Source: Propionibacteriales bacterium (GTDB taxonomy: Bacteria; Actinomycetota; Actinomycetes; Propionibacteriales; Nocardioidaceae). From it: a stretch of DNA of 64,000 bases. The stretch is from positions 54,405 through 118,404 of the forward strand of contig JBBPZV010000043.1 in the NCBI GenBank assembly GCA_038198775.1, written 5' to 3'. Shown piece after piece: positions 1 to 9,649 of the stretch; the first letter of the stretch is position 1, and the number at the start of each line of letters is the position of its first letter. The notes under the pieces were generated by a model that saw nothing but the letters and a program-made list of their open reading frames with translations, searched no databases and was not told the DNA's origin. The position numbers and the translations under genes were made by a program.

Positions 1-112
1 GCTGAGCCGCGCTGATCAGCATCAGCGCGAGGCCGAGGTTGTGCTGCTGGCCTTGCGGGGATTCGTCGGCGGGCGGAGGGGAAGCGCCGGCGGCGGCGGA
101 TTCCACGGACAT
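1..112 (-). CDS. MFS transporter, first ~37 codons only (mirror copy of 19255..19366). Cut by the window or arm edge.
   Basis: Mirror of the start of the 19255..20811 MFS gene. It runs off position 1. Confidence 0.5.
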   Translation of the reverse strand, partial: MSVESAAAGASPPPADESPQGQQHNLGLALMLISAAQ

Positions 113-134
113 GCGGGGCGTTCCTTTCGGTCGT

Positions 135-749
135 TCAGGGAGCTTCGTTCTCGGCGGTGTGGCATGCCGCGGGCACGACGACGTGCTCGATGGCGCGGCG
201 GACGAAGTCGTCGTCGATCTCGCCACCGAGTACGAACTCGTGGTAGCTGCACAGGGCCGGCAGGACGGTAGCGACCAGGTCGAGGTCGGCGTCTTCGGAT
301 ATCTCGCCCCTGGCCTGGGCGCGGGCGAACAGCTCGCGGGTGATCGCCATCCGTGGCAGCAAGAACCGCTGTCGGAAGGCGTGCGAGAGCTCGTCGTCGG
401 TGTGCAACGCCGTCATCACAGCACCGAGTACCGACATCGGCAGCTCGGCCGCCCAGCCGTGCTTGCCGCACGCCGTCGCCAGCAGGTCACCGCGCAACGT
501 GCCGGTGTTGGGCGAGGCGGCGTCAGGCATGCCCTTGGCGCGGGAGACCGCATCGACGACCAGGTCGGCCTTGCTCGACCAGCGGCGGTACAGCGTCGCC
601 TTGCTCGCCCTGGCTTCGGCGGCGACCTGGTCCATGGTGAGACGGTCGTAGCCGACCTCGGCCAGGGCCCTCAGTGTGGCGTTGAGCAGCTCGGTCTCGC
701 GGTCGCCGGTGACACGCGGGCGGCGCGGCCCGGTCGGAGTGGCCGGCAT
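135..749 (-). CDS. TetR/AcrR family transcriptional regulator (mirror copy of 18618..19232)
   Basis: 204 aa. The N-terminal HTH region reads TELLNATLRALAEVGYDRLTMDQVAAEARASKATLYRRWSSKADLV, which is typical of TetR_N. Confidence 0.85.
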   Translation of the reverse strand: MPATPTGPRRPRVTGDRETELLNATLRALAEVGYDRLTMDQVAAEARASKATLYRRWSSKADLVVDAVSRAKGMPDAASPNTGTLRGDLLATACGKHGWAAELPMSVLGAVMTALHTDDELSHAFRQRFLLPRMAITRELFARAQARGEISEDADLDLVATVLPALCSYHEFVLGGEIDDDFVRRAIEHVVVPAACHTAENEAP

Positions 750-765
750 GGGGGGTCCTCCAGTT

Positions 766-786
766 GGTACGAAACCGTTCTGTACC
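766..786. promoter_or_regulatory. Imperfect 21-bp palindrome, candidate TetR operator (mirror of 18581..18601)
   Basis: GGTACAGAAC-G-GTTTCGTACC, with 8/10 arm matches, lies 17 nt upstream of the tetR ATG and just 5' of a GGAGG RBS. Confidence 0.3.
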
Positions 787-855
787 GTGACAGCAAGGTA
801 GTGTCGGCTCGTGGCCGACGCAAGCTCAGCTGAACCAGACTCCAGGGACCGGCTG

Positions 856-957
856 ATGCCGCTGGTGGCGGGGGATGAGACCGCGGCGGCCTGGGGTGAC
901 CCGGAGGACGACCGGGACGAGGAGCTGCTGCGCGAGGTGCCGCCGCATCACGGTTGA
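856..957 (+). CDS. Small acidic hypothetical protein, 33 aa (MPLVAGDETAAAWGDPEDDRDEELLREVPPHHG)
   Basis: ATG..TGA ORF read by hand. It is below the ORF-track length cutoff and convergent with mscL. There is no other support. Confidence 0.2.
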   Translation: MPLVAGDETAAAWGDPEDDRDEELLREVPPHHG

Positions 958-960
958 CGC

Positions 961-1344
961 TCAGGCGTCGGATGCCTGCCGGCGCGCCAGGTGGTCCCGG
1001 ATTTCGCGCAGCAGCACGATCTCCTCCGAAGCCGCCTCGGCGGTCACCTCGCCGGGCTTCTTGAAGCGTTCCATGAGCTTGTTGTACGGAACGACGACGA
1101 GGAAATAGACCGCCGCGGCGATGACGAAAAAGGCCACGAGGTCGTTGATGAAGGCGCCGAGCGGGATGCCGTCGACCGTGACGGCGCCGAAGTCCGGACG
1201 GCCTCCGATACTGCCGATGAGCGGCATCATCAGGTTGGTGACGAAGGACGAAACGACGGTGGCGAACGCGGCCCCGACCACGAACGCGACCGCCAGCTCG
1301 ATGAGGTTGCCGCGCACGATGAAGTCCCGAAATCCCTTGAGCAT
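961..1344 (-). CDS. mscL: Large-conductance mechanosensitive channel (mirror copy)
   Basis: 127 aa. The sequence MLKGFRDFIVRGNLIELAVAFVVGAAF...MPLIG... is the hallmark MscL N-terminus and TM1. Confidence 0.9.
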   Translation of the reverse strand: MLKGFRDFIVRGNLIELAVAFVVGAAFATVVSSFVTNLMMPLIGSIGGRPDFGAVTVDGIPLGAFINDLVAFFVIAAAVYFLVVVPYNKLMERFKKPGEVTAEAASEEIVLLREIRDHLARRQASDA

Positions 1345-1388
1345 TGAGCGCCTCCTGACCGCCGGGACTCATCTTGCCAGTGAGCGGT

Positions 1389-2021
1389 TCAGGTCAACAG
1401 CAGGCTGAGCTGCTCGCGTACGGCCGCGTCTGCGAGCTCGAGTGCTGTCGGCTCGTCGACGGCGACCACGACCGCGGTGCCCTCGCTTCCCGCGGTCGCG
1501 GTGGCGGCTGGCGGCATGGCCACGACTCGGACGCCGCTGGCCACCACGTGGGCCGTGCCGCGGGCCTGCGGGTCTGCACCGACCACGTCGACGACGTCCC
1601 CGACGTGGACGAGGCTCTCCGCTGCGGGGTCCGCCACCCGGATCGTGGTGAGAACCGAGCCCTCCGGATAACCGGCGAGCAGGTCCGGCCGCAGCAGTCG
1701 GACGTCTGTCAGCGGCTCACCGGACCGCATCGGAGCGGCCACGACCGAGCCGAGCGTGGACTGGAATCCGGTGAGGGTGCCAGCGGGGACGCCGCCGGCC
1801 GGCCAGGCCACCCGCTCCACGTCTGCTGCCCGCAGGACCGCACCTGCTTGCAGGTCCCGCGCAGCCACCAGCACGGGCGTCGTCGCCGGTGGCGGGGGCC
1901 GGGCCGCCGAGATGGCGGTGACGACGGCCAGCGCGGCGCAGATCGCTGCCAGCGGTCGCCGCCGCACCACCACTGCGCGCCGAACCCCGGTTCCGAACGT
2001 CCGGAATCTGCTGGGGATCAC
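1389..2021 (-). CDS. SAF domain protein (CpaB/RcpC-like N-terminal domain), mirror copy
   Basis: 210 aa with an N-terminal TM segment, followed by VLVAARDLQAGAVLRAADVERVAWPAGGVP...PMRSGEPLTDVRLL, which is a SAF-domain pattern. Confidence 0.6.
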   Translation of the reverse strand: MIPSRFRTFGTGVRRAVVVRRRPLAAICAALAVVTAISAARPPPPATTPVLVAARDLQAGAVLRAADVERVAWPAGGVPAGTLTGFQSTLGSVVAAPMRSGEPLTDVRLLRPDLLAGYPEGSVLTTIRVADPAAESLVHVGDVVDVVGADPQARGTAHVVASGVRVVAMPPAATATAGSEGTAVVVAVDEPTALELADAAVREQLSLLLT

Positions 2022-2069
2022 ACCGCGACGCTAGCGCCGACAGGCCCTCTCGGCCCGCTGTCCACAGGC

Positions 2070-2399
2070 TCAGTCGGCCGAGTCCTTGGCAGGGGAGGAG
2101 GCAGCCTTTGTCGCGGCCGCGCCGGATTGCTTCGGCTTCCCGTCCTTGCCGCCGCCGGTCTCGTTCCCGGTCTTGGCCGGCTCCTGCGAGCCGGTGCCGT
2201 TCTCGGCCGCTGCCGACGCAGCGGCCCGGCTGTCGGTGCGATAGAAGCCGGAGCCCTTGAAGACCACTCCGACCGCACCGAACACCTTGCGAAGCCGACC
2301 CGCACATTCGGGGCACGTCGTCAGCGGGTCGTCGCGGAACGCCTGGCGGGCCTCCAGGGAGTGACCGCAGGATGTGCAGGCGTACTGGTAGGTGGGCAA
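2070..2399 (-). CDS. FmdB family zinc-ribbon protein (mirror copy)
   Basis: TTG start preceded by GAGGAGAG. The sequence (L)PTYQYACTSCGHSLEARQAFRDDPLTTCPECAGRLRKVFGAVGVVFKGSGFYRTD has a CxxC...CxxC ribbon and is followed by a Ser/Ala/Gly-rich tail. Confidence 0.8.
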   Translation of the reverse strand: MPTYQYACTSCGHSLEARQAFRDDPLTTCPECAGRLRKVFGAVGVVFKGSGFYRTDSRAAASAAAENGTGSQEPAKTGNETGGGKDGKPKQSGAAATKAASSPAKDSAD

Positions 2400-2559
2400 C
2401 GTCTCTCCTCGCTGGCACTGCGTCACTTCGACTGCCAATTGTGCCCGAGCGGTCAAGGCCAGGCCCGCCCATCGCCCAGATCTCGGACGGCCTCGCCGCG
2501 GCAGTGCGGCAAGGCTGGCGTTGTCGGCACCGCCGCCACCACCGAGACGCAGCATTCGG

Positions 2560-3219
2560 ATGCTGGGCACGGTCCACAATGGCGCTGTGACCGGGATCGT
2601 CGACCACATCGCCGGCCTGCCGGACCCGGTCGTCTACCTCGTCATCGCCGCGCTCGTCTTCGGTGAGGCGGCGATCTTCTTGGGGTTCGTGCTCCCAGGG
2701 GAGACGGCGGTGCTGCTGGGCGGGGTGCTCGCCGCCGGCGGCCGGCTCACGCTGTCGACGCTGCTGGTGCTGGTGGTCGTGGCGGCGATCGTCGGGGACT
2801 CCGTGGGATACGAGGTGGGCCGGCGGTTCGGACCCCGCGTGCTGGCCTGGCGACCGTTGCGCCGCCACGAGGCCAGACTCGGGGAGGCCCGCACGTACCT
2901 GCGCACCCGCGGCGGATGGGCGGTGATGCTCGGCCGGTGGACCGCGTTCCTACGAGCGGTCATGCCCGGTCTCGCTGGTGCCAGCCGGATGCCGTACCCA
3001 CGGTTCTTGTTCTTCAACGCCGTTGGCGGGGCGGTCTGGGCGGTGGCGATCGCGCTGCTCGGCTACTTCGCGGCGGCCTCCTACGGGCGGGTCCACGCCG
3101 CTCTCGGCCAGATCGGCGCCCTGGTGCTTGTGGCGGTGGTCGTGGTCGTGGTGATCGTCGCTCGCCGCCGACGGCGCGCCGGGCAAACTGGCCGTCCCGG
3201 TAGTCGGCCGGGTCCCTGA
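2560..3219 (+). CDS. DedA family membrane protein (mirror copy)
   Basis: ATG at 2560. The sequence VYLVIAALVFGEAAIFLGFVLPGETAVLLGGVLAA...GR.TAFLRAVMPGLAG is the SNARE-associated/DedA signature. The ORF-track N-terminal extension was rejected. Confidence 0.8.
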   Translation: MLGTVHNGAVTGIVDHIAGLPDPVVYLVIAALVFGEAAIFLGFVLPGETAVLLGGVLAAGGRLTLSTLLVLVVVAAIVGDSVGYEVGRRFGPRVLAWRPLRRHEARLGEARTYLRTRGGWAVMLGRWTAFLRAVMPGLAGASRMPYPRFLFFNAVGGAVWAVAIALLGYFAAASYGRVHAALGQIGALVLVAVVVVVVIVARRRRRAGQTGRPGSRPGP

Positions 3220-4059
3220 TGGGTCCAGCGCCTCGAAGGTGGCGAAGATGTCACCGGCCAGCGGCCGACTTGGCGGGCGGCCCTGCTCGACGAACCACTC
3301 GCGTCGCATCACCTGCCGATAGACCGGCCCTGGCAACCTCAGCAGCAGCCCGAGCGTACGCATACCGACGTCGGCGCTGGCCTGGCTGGCATGCGCCGCC
3401 ATCGCCGCGCGCTTGTTCGACAGGTACTCGCTGACGTCGATGCAGTGCGTCAGCCTCTGGTGCGCGGTGTACGCCGAGGACAGGTCTGGGATGTCGAGCC
3501 GTCGACCCGGCGGCAACCCGATGCGCAGCAGCCGGGCCGCTGCCTGCAGGGGGCGCCGATCCACGGTGGCGGCAAGCACGACCGGCGTCCGGGCGCGCGC
3601 AGCGGCGAGGATGCCGGCCCGGTGCACCATGACATGGTCGGGATGCCCATAACCTCCGGCCGGGTCGTAGCAGGTGAGCACGTCCGCGTTCTCCTCTCGC
3701 AGGATCGCGGCGAGTCGCTCCGCCACCTCCTCGACGTCGGCGCCGGCGAAGCCGTCGGCGGCGGGCGCTGTGCCCGGGTCCACGGACCAGCCCGAGTCGG
3801 CGTAGCCCCAGACGTCCACCCGGGCGCAGCCGATGGCTGCCGCCGAGCGCTGGAGCTCGACGCCGCGGTGCCGGCCGAGGTCCCCGGCGGCGGCTCCGGT
3901 GGCTGCCAGGCCTGCCTCGCCGGCGGTCGCGACCACGAGGACGACGCGGTGCCCCTCGGCGGCCGCCTTCGCCAGCGTGCCGGCGGTGAGCAAGGCTTCG
4001 TCGTCGGGGTGGGCGTGAAACGACACCACGGTCCGGCGGGGGGAGCACCCGGCGCTCAT
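2950..4059 (-). CDS. PIG-L/LmbE family N-acetylglucosaminyl deacetylase (mirror copy). The last ~90 codons are doubtful.
   Basis: VVSFHAHPDDEALLTAGT ... GGYGHPDHVMVH motifs. The C-terminal tail overlaps the convergent dedA gene by 270 nt. Confidence 0.7.
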   Translation of the reverse strand: MSAGCSPRRTVVSFHAHPDDEALLTAGTLAKAAAEGHRVVLVVATAGEAGLAATGAAAGDLGRHRGVELQRSAAAIGCARVDVWGYADSGWSVDPGTAPAADGFAGADVEEVAERLAAILREENADVLTCYDPAGGYGHPDHVMVHRAGILAAARARTPVVLAATVDRRPLQAAARLLRIGLPPGRRLDIPDLSSAYTAHQRLTHCIDVSEYLSNKRAAMAAHASQASADVGMRTLGLLLRLPGPVYRQVMRREWFVEQGRPPSRPLAGDIFATFEALDPSGTRPTTGTASLPGAPSAASDDHHDHDHRHKHQGADLAESGVDPPVGGRREVAEQRDRHRPDRPANGVEEQEPWVRHPAGTSETGHDRS

Positions 4060-5240
4060 GCCGAGGTGGGCAGGACGTCCTCTTCCGGCTCCTCCTCGGC
4101 CGTGACCGCGTCGACCGAGTGGCCGACCACACCCAGCGCCTGGTGGTACAGCTCCTCCGTCCGCTGCCAGGTCTCCTCCCAGGTGTAGCGGGTGGGGATC
4201 CGCCGGTTGTGCGCAGCGAGCGAACAGCGCAGCTCCCGGTCGCGCACCAGCCTGGTCAGCTGGTCGACCATGTCGTCGTCGGAGCCGGCCAGCAGGCCCT
4301 CCTCCCCGTGGGCGATGATCTCCGCGACCCCGCCACGGGTGCTCGCCAGCACCGGGACTCCCGCGCTCCTTGCCTCCAGGGCCGCTATTCCGAACGACTC
4401 CAGCGAGGCCGGAGCAACGTAGACACCCGTGCGGGAGAACAGTGCCGCGATGTCGGCGCGCGGCAGCACACCGGTCAGCCGCACCCAGCCGGCCATGTCG
4501 TGGCGACGCAGGTAGGCCGCAACCTTGGCGTGCTGTGGGCCGTCGCCTACGATGACCGCCTCCATTGCGACGTCGCCGGGCACCGCGGCGCGCACTCGGG
4601 CGAGCATGCGGACCAGCGGCAGCGGCCTTTTGCGACCCGCCAGCCGCATCACGCTGGCGATCACCACCGGATCCCCCGGCTCAGGGACGGCTGCCGGCAG
4701 CTGCCACTGGCTCAGGTCGATCGCGTTGGGCAGCACCGCCACCTCGCGACGCCCCCCCAGCATCCGCGCCAACGGCTGCGCTGCGGTCTCGCTCACCGCC
4801 GACCAGATGATCGGCAGCGATCCGATCCGGATCAGGCTCGCGATGGAGCCGACGAGCGCCCCGTACCCGGTGATCACCGAGTGCATCGTCACGACCACGG
4901 GGATCTCGTTGCGCCCGGCCGCGTGCGCGGCGGCAACTGCCACCGGTGAGGCGATCGAGGCATGGACGTGGACGACGTCGTAGCCGCCTGCGTTCACCGC
5001 CGCCGCGACTCCGGCAGCGGCACGCAGCGTCCGCAGCGTCGGCGAGGCGACATCGGGGCACAGCCTGCGCACCGCCGGCAGGCCGATGCCGACGGGCGCC
5101 TTCCCTGGTATCGGTGGGGTGGCCGTGATCACCTCGACCTCGTGGCCGGCCGCCAGCTGCCGGCAGGCGAGGTCGCGGACGTGCATCTCGATGCCGCCCA
5201 CCCGGGGCAGGTAGCAGTCGCTGACATGGGCGATGCGCAT
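4056..5240 (-). CDS. Glycosyltransferase family 4 (GT-B), mirror copy
   Basis: Start MRIAHVSDCYLPRVGGIEMHV, and a C-terminal ESFGIAALEARSAGVPVLASTRGGVAEII (EX7E). TGATG overlap with the upstream gene. Confidence 0.8.
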   Translation of the reverse strand: MRIAHVSDCYLPRVGGIEMHVRDLACRQLAAGHEVEVITATPPIPGKAPVGIGLPAVRRLCPDVASPTLRTLRAAAGVAAAVNAGGYDVVHVHASIASPVAVAAAHAAGRNEIPVVVTMHSVITGYGALVGSIASLIRIGSLPIIWSAVSETAAQPLARMLGGRREVAVLPNAIDLSQWQLPAAVPEPGDPVVIASVMRLAGRKRPLPLVRMLARVRAAVPGDVAMEAVIVGDGPQHAKVAAYLRRHDMAGWVRLTGVLPRADIAALFSRTGVYVAPASLESFGIAALEARSAGVPVLASTRGGVAEIIAHGEEGLLAGSDDDMVDQLTRLVRDRELRCSLAAHNRRIPTRYTWEETWQRTEELYHQALGVVGHSVDAVTAEEEPEEDVLPTSA

Positions 5241-6316
5241 CAAGCGCCTTCCGCCGTGGCCCAACGTCGAGCGATCAGCGCATGGCGGTGGCTCCAGGCC
5301 CAACCGAGCAGCACGGCGGAGCCGACCGGAATCTCCAGGCCGAAGGTGAAGGCGCGATAGAGCAGCACCCCTGCGGTGCTGAGCACCGGGTCGCCGTGCA
5401 GGGCGATGAGCAGCGAGGTCATGCCGATCTCGGCAAAACCCGTGCCTCCGGGGGTGACGAACGCCAGCGTTAGCACGCGCTCGAGGGCGTACGCGGCGAC
5501 CAGAGGAACCAGCCCGAGGTCGACACCGAGCACATGGAAGGTCAGCCAGAGCAGCTCGAGCTGGAGCAGGCAGTAGCCGATCATGCCGAACGAAAGCGCC
5601 GGCCAGGCCGTTTTGATCCGGCCGACGGCGACCGTACGGAATTCCGCCAGCGCCGCCTGGAATCGGTGCTCCGGCACCCCCGAGCCACCCGGAAGCTGGC
5701 ACCTGACCCGGTCGGCGAACGACCCGAGCCGAGCGGCGGCGTCGGCGTGCACCAGCACCACCGCGGCCAGCAGTACGAGAAGGCCGACCGCCACCATTGC
5801 CGCTGCGGCCGCGACCATCAGGTGCGCCGCCAGGTTGCCGGCCAGCAGCACGAGGAGCAGCCCGGCGATGGCGAGGGCGAACTTGGCGGCGATGTCGCAC
5901 AGGTTCGTGATCGCCGTGTACACGGCGAACGACTGGGCGCTGAACCCCCAGACCCGCGCCATCAGGTAGTTCAGTCCGACGCCCGCGGCGCCGCCGAGGG
6001 GTACGAGTCCGGCCACGGCGCTGCCGGTGAGGTTCAGCGTCAGTGCCCGCCGGTGCGTCAACCTCGGCTGCGCCGCCGTCAAGACGATGGTGTGCACGCA
6101 CAACCCGGCCAGCCAGACGGTGGCCAGCAGTGCCAGGCGACCGGGGGTCAGCGCGGCCAGCGGACTCAGGACGGCACTCCACGGCACCGAGGTCACCCGC
6201 GGGAGTACGGTGACCAGCAGGGCGGCTGCCAGGGCCGCGCCGGCAACGGCGCCGACCACCCGACGGACCCGTCGGGTGGCGGCGCGGGGTTCGCCCTCGA
6301 CCAGCGACGATCTCAC
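5240..6316 (-). CDS. UPF0104 / lysylphosphatidylglycerol-synthase TM-region family membrane protein (mirror copy)
   Basis: 358 aa polytopic membrane protein translationally coupled to the GT4. The family call rests on overall pattern only. Confidence 0.55.
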   Translation of the reverse strand: MRSSLVEGEPRAATRRVRRVVGAVAGAALAAALLVTVLPRVTSVPWSAVLSPLAALTPGRLALLATVWLAGLCVHTIVLTAAQPRLTHRRALTLNLTGSAVAGLVPLGGAAGVGLNYLMARVWGFSAQSFAVYTAITNLCDIAAKFALAIAGLLLVLLAGNLAAHLMVAAAAAMVAVGLLVLLAAVVLVHADAAARLGSFADRVRCQLPGGSGVPEHRFQAALAEFRTVAVGRIKTAWPALSFGMIGYCLLQLELLWLTFHVLGVDLGLVPLVAAYALERVLTLAFVTPGGTGFAEIGMTSLLIALHGDPVLSTAGVLLYRAFTFGLEIPVGSAVLLGWAWSHRHALIARRWATAEGA

Positions 6317-6438
6317 GGGCTCTCCCTCGGGGCCGCCGTCCAGCCGGTGGTCTCCAGCCGGGTACTACATGGTCGATAGTAGCGCCGCGCCGCCGGGACC
6401 GCTCTCCCGCACGGAGGCTACGCAGGGAGAATAGCGGG

Positions 6439-8970
6439 ATGCGCCGGTCCTGGAGAGTCGCCGCGGCCGTCCTGGCGGTCGTGGCGCTCGCATTGGCCGC
6501 GGCCGTGGGCTACGTGGTCGCCTCGGTGCGCCAGTCGTACCCGCTGACGTCGGGGGAGCTCTCGGTCCCTGGTCTGCAGCAGCCGGTGGAGGTGCTGCGC
6601 GACCGAGCCGGCGTCCCGCAGGTCTACGCCGACACCGCACACGACCTGTTCTTCGCGCAGGGGTACGTCAGCGCTCAGGATCGCTTCTTCGAGATGGACT
6701 TCCGCCGGCACGTCACCTCGGGTCGCCTGAGCGAGCTGTTCGGCCCGAGCGCGCTCCAGACCGACATGGTGGTGCGCACCCTGGGGTGGCGCCGGGTCGC
6801 CGAGCGAGAGCTGGCCATCCTCGACCCCATGACGCGCCGCTACCTGCAGGCGTACTCGGACGGCGTCAACGCCTATCTGCGGGGCAAGTCGGGTCCGGAC
6901 CTCTCGTTCGAGTACGCAGTGCTGTCGCTGACCGGGCCCGACTACGCGCCAGAGGGGTGGTCGCCGGCGGACTCCGTGGCCTGGCTCAAGGCGATGGCGT
7001 GGGACCTGCGCAGCAACGTCTCCGACGAGATCGACCGGGCCCTCGCGAATCAGACGCTGTCGCCGACCCAGGTCGAGCAGCTATACCCGCGCTACCCGTA
7101 CACCCGGCACTACCCGATCGTGACCGCGGGACAGGTCGGACAGGCCGGGTTACGTTCCGCCCAGGTCCGCCGGCTGCACCGGTCGGCGGCACGGCTGCCG
7201 CTGCGGGCGGGCCGTGTGATGTCAGCCATCCCCGGCCTGCTCGACGCGGTGCCCGCACTGCTGGGCACCGGGGGCGGGCTCGGGTCGAACTCGTGGGCGG
7301 TGTCCGGGCGGCGCTCGGCGACCGGCGGCCCGATCCTCGCCAACGACCCCCACCTGGCCCCCTCGATGCCCGCCGTGTGGTACCAGATGGGGCTGCACTG
7401 TCGTCACGTCGGCGCCGGCTGCCCCTTCGACGTGTCCGGGTTCACGTTCGCCGGCATGCCCGGGGTCGTCATCGGCCACAACCAGCGCATCGCGTGGGGC
7501 TTGACCACGATGTACGCAGACGTCAGCGACCTCTACCTCGAGCGCGTCGACGACCAGGCCGGGACGTACCTGTTCGACGGCCGGCAACGGCGACTGAGGA
7601 CGCGGCCGGAGTCGATCCGGGTCGAGGGTCGCGACCAGCCGGTAACCATCACCGTACGATCCACCCGGGACGGCCCACTGCTCTCCGACGTCGTCGACGA
7701 GTTCGCCGCCGCCGGCCGAGCGTCGGCGACGGGCCGCAGCACCGGGGCCAACGCGGTGGCGCTGCGGTGGACGGCACTCACCCCCGGCCACACCATGGAC
7801 GCGGTCTTCGGCATCGACAAGGCGACGTCGTGGTCGCGGTTCCGGCAGGCGGCGAAGTCGTTCGACGTGCCGTCTCAGAACCTCGTCTACGCCGACGTCG
7901 ACGGTCACATCGGCTACCAGGCTCCCGGGCAGATCCCGGTCCGATCCGGCTACGACGGCCGCTGGCCGGTGCCCGGCTGGAACCCCCGCTACGACTGGAC
8001 CGGCTACGTCCCCTTCGCGGCGCTGCCGTCGGTCCTCGACCCGGCGTCGGGGTACGTCGTCACCGCCAACCAGGCCGTCGTCGCACCCGGCTACCCCTAC
8101 CGGCTCGGAGGTGACACCTCGTACGGCTACCGCAGTCAGCGGATTATCGAGCTGCTCAACGCCAAGGCCACCCACGACGTCGCCGACATGGCGGCCCTGC
8201 AGCGTGACAGCTACAACGCCAACGCCGCCGAGCTGGTGCCGTACCTGCGACGGATCGAGGTTTCGACGACCTACTACCGGCAGGGCCAGCGGGTGTTGCG
8301 CGGCTGGGACTTCACTCAGCCGGCGGACTCGGGCGCCGCGGCGTACTTCAACGTGGTCTGGCGGGACCTGCTGGCGCGCACGTTCCACGACCAGCTGCCG
8401 CCGGCGGTGTGGCCGGACGGCGACGAGCGGTGGTTCGAGGTGGTGCGCCGGCTGCTGCACGACCCGACCAGCCCCTGGTGGGACGACGTCAACACCGACG
8501 CCGTCGTGGAGACGCGGAACGACATCCTGCTGGCGGCGCTGGAGGAGGGTCGCGACGACATGACGCGGTTGCAGGCCCGGGATCCCACCCAGTGGAGCTG
8601 GGGACACCTGCACCGGCTCGAGCTGGTCAACCCGACCCTCGGGACCTCCGGTACCGGGCTCGTCGAGTCGCTGTTCAACCGCGGGCCCTACCAGCTCGGT
8701 GGCGGGAGCGGCACCGTCGACGCCACAGCGTGGGACGCGGCGCAGGGGTTCGCCGTGACCGCCGTGCCGTCTATGCGGATGGTGGTGTCGCTGGCCGACC
8801 TCGACAGCTCGCGCTGGGCGATGATCGCAGGTGAGTCGGGGCACGCGTACTCCGCCCACTACAGCGACCAGATGCCGCTGTGGGTCGACGGCGAGACCCG
8901 GCCGTGGGCCTTCAGCCGGGGCGCCGTCGAAGCGTCGACCCAGGACCGGCTGGTGTTGCAGCCGTCCTGA
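6439..8970 (+). CDS. Penicillin acylase family Ntn-hydrolase (mirror copy)
   Basis: 843 aa with an N-terminal TM anchor. It contains RFFEMDFRR and the GLGSNSWAVSGRRSATGGPILANDPHL nucleophile region. Confidence 0.85.
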   Translation: MRRSWRVAAAVLAVVALALAAAVGYVVASVRQSYPLTSGELSVPGLQQPVEVLRDRAGVPQVYADTAHDLFFAQGYVSAQDRFFEMDFRRHVTSGRLSELFGPSALQTDMVVRTLGWRRVAERELAILDPMTRRYLQAYSDGVNAYLRGKSGPDLSFEYAVLSLTGPDYAPEGWSPADSVAWLKAMAWDLRSNVSDEIDRALANQTLSPTQVEQLYPRYPYTRHYPIVTAGQVGQAGLRSAQVRRLHRSAARLPLRAGRVMSAIPGLLDAVPALLGTGGGLGSNSWAVSGRRSATGGPILANDPHLAPSMPAVWYQMGLHCRHVGAGCPFDVSGFTFAGMPGVVIGHNQRIAWGLTTMYADVSDLYLERVDDQAGTYLFDGRQRRLRTRPESIRVEGRDQPVTITVRSTRDGPLLSDVVDEFAAAGRASATGRSTGANAVALRWTALTPGHTMDAVFGIDKATSWSRFRQAAKSFDVPSQNLVYADVDGHIGYQAPGQIPVRSGYDGRWPVPGWNPRYDWTGYVPFAALPSVLDPASGYVVTANQAVVAPGYPYRLGGDTSYGYRSQRIIELLNAKATHDVADMAALQRDSYNANAAELVPYLRRIEVSTTYYRQGQRVLRGWDFTQPADSGAAAYFNVVWRDLLARTFHDQLPPAVWPDGDERWFEVVRRLLHDPTSPWWDDVNTDAVVETRNDILLAALEEGRDDMTRLQARDPTQWSWGHLHRLELVNPTLGTSGTGLVESLFNRGPYQLGGGSGTVDATAWDAAQGFAVTAVPSMRMVVSLADLDSSRWAMIAGESGHAYSAHYSDQMPLWVDGETRPWAFSRGAVEASTQDRLVLQPS

Positions 8971-8997
8971 GCCCCGACCTGCTGCCGTGCTTGCGCT

Positions 8998-9597
8998 CTA
9001 GGGTTGGCGTTCCTGCCCGGAAGCCAACCGGTCGGGCGCGACGTCGTCGGCCGCTGGAGCGGGTACGGCAAGCGTCCGGGTCGGGGTCACAATCACATGC
9101 ACGCGCTGGTCGTGGGCGCTGGCAGGGACGGCCTCGAGCAGCTCGCCGTCGTGGAGGAGCAGTACCCGCAGCGTCGCGCGCCCGCAGCGGGCAAGAGCCC
9201 GGTCGTACGAGCCGCCGCCTCGACCCAGCCGGCCGCCGGCCACGTCGCCCGCCAGGCCGGGGCAGACGACGACGCGGGCCCGGGCGACCGTCCCGACGCC
9301 GAGGCGCTCGTCCGGGGCATCGGCCGGCACCCAGTCCAGGTCGCGGTCGGGAAGCAGCACGGGCAGCAGCACCCGGTGACCGAGCGCTGCGAGGCCCGCC
9401 AACAGCGGCCCGGTGCCCGGCTCGGTGCCGAGGGACGAGAACGCAGCGACCGTCGCCGGCTCGCGCAGCTCGGGGAGCCCCAGCACCCGGTGGGCGATCG
9501 CCTCGCTGACGGCGCAGCGATCCTTCGGCGACATGGCGAGACGGGTCGCCTGGACGTACAGGCGCAACTGCGCCTTGGCGTCGACAACGTCGGGCAC
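8998..9597 (-). CDS. 5-formyltetrahydrofolate cyclo-ligase (mirror copy)
   Basis: GTG start chosen so that the CDS does not cross the palindrome axis. GRLGRGGGSYDR motif. Confidence 0.7.
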   Translation of the reverse strand: MPDVVDAKAQLRLYVQATRLAMSPKDRCAVSEAIAHRVLGLPELREPATVAAFSSLGTEPGTGPLLAGLAALGHRVLLPVLLPDRDLDWVPADAPDERLGVGTVARARVVVCPGLAGDVAGGRLGRGGGSYDRALARCGRATLRVLLLHDGELLEAVPASAHDQRVHVIVTPTRTLAVPAPAADDVAPDRLASGQERQP

Positions 9598-9649
9598 GCG
9601 GTCACGGTAGTGCGAGGTTGGATGTCTTGCCGCTTCCGATCGGCCGGTG

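Noticed and set aside
7222-8859. Long ORFs antisense to, or out of frame with, confident genes. Examples: 7222..8859-, 6786..8114+, 1374..2666+, 1717..2868-, 19465..20535-, 21044..22252-, 24194..26245+, 24984..26171-, 28913..31462+, 30972..32561+, 36599..38224+, 39734..40378-, 54291..56768-, 56949..58397-, 58169..59404-, and their mirror copies.
   Set aside because: Their translations are Arg/Pro/Gly/Ala-rich and of low complexity, with no recognisable motifs. Each lies entirely inside a gene with strong family signatures on another frame or strand. These are typical shadow ORFs of very GC-rich DNA.
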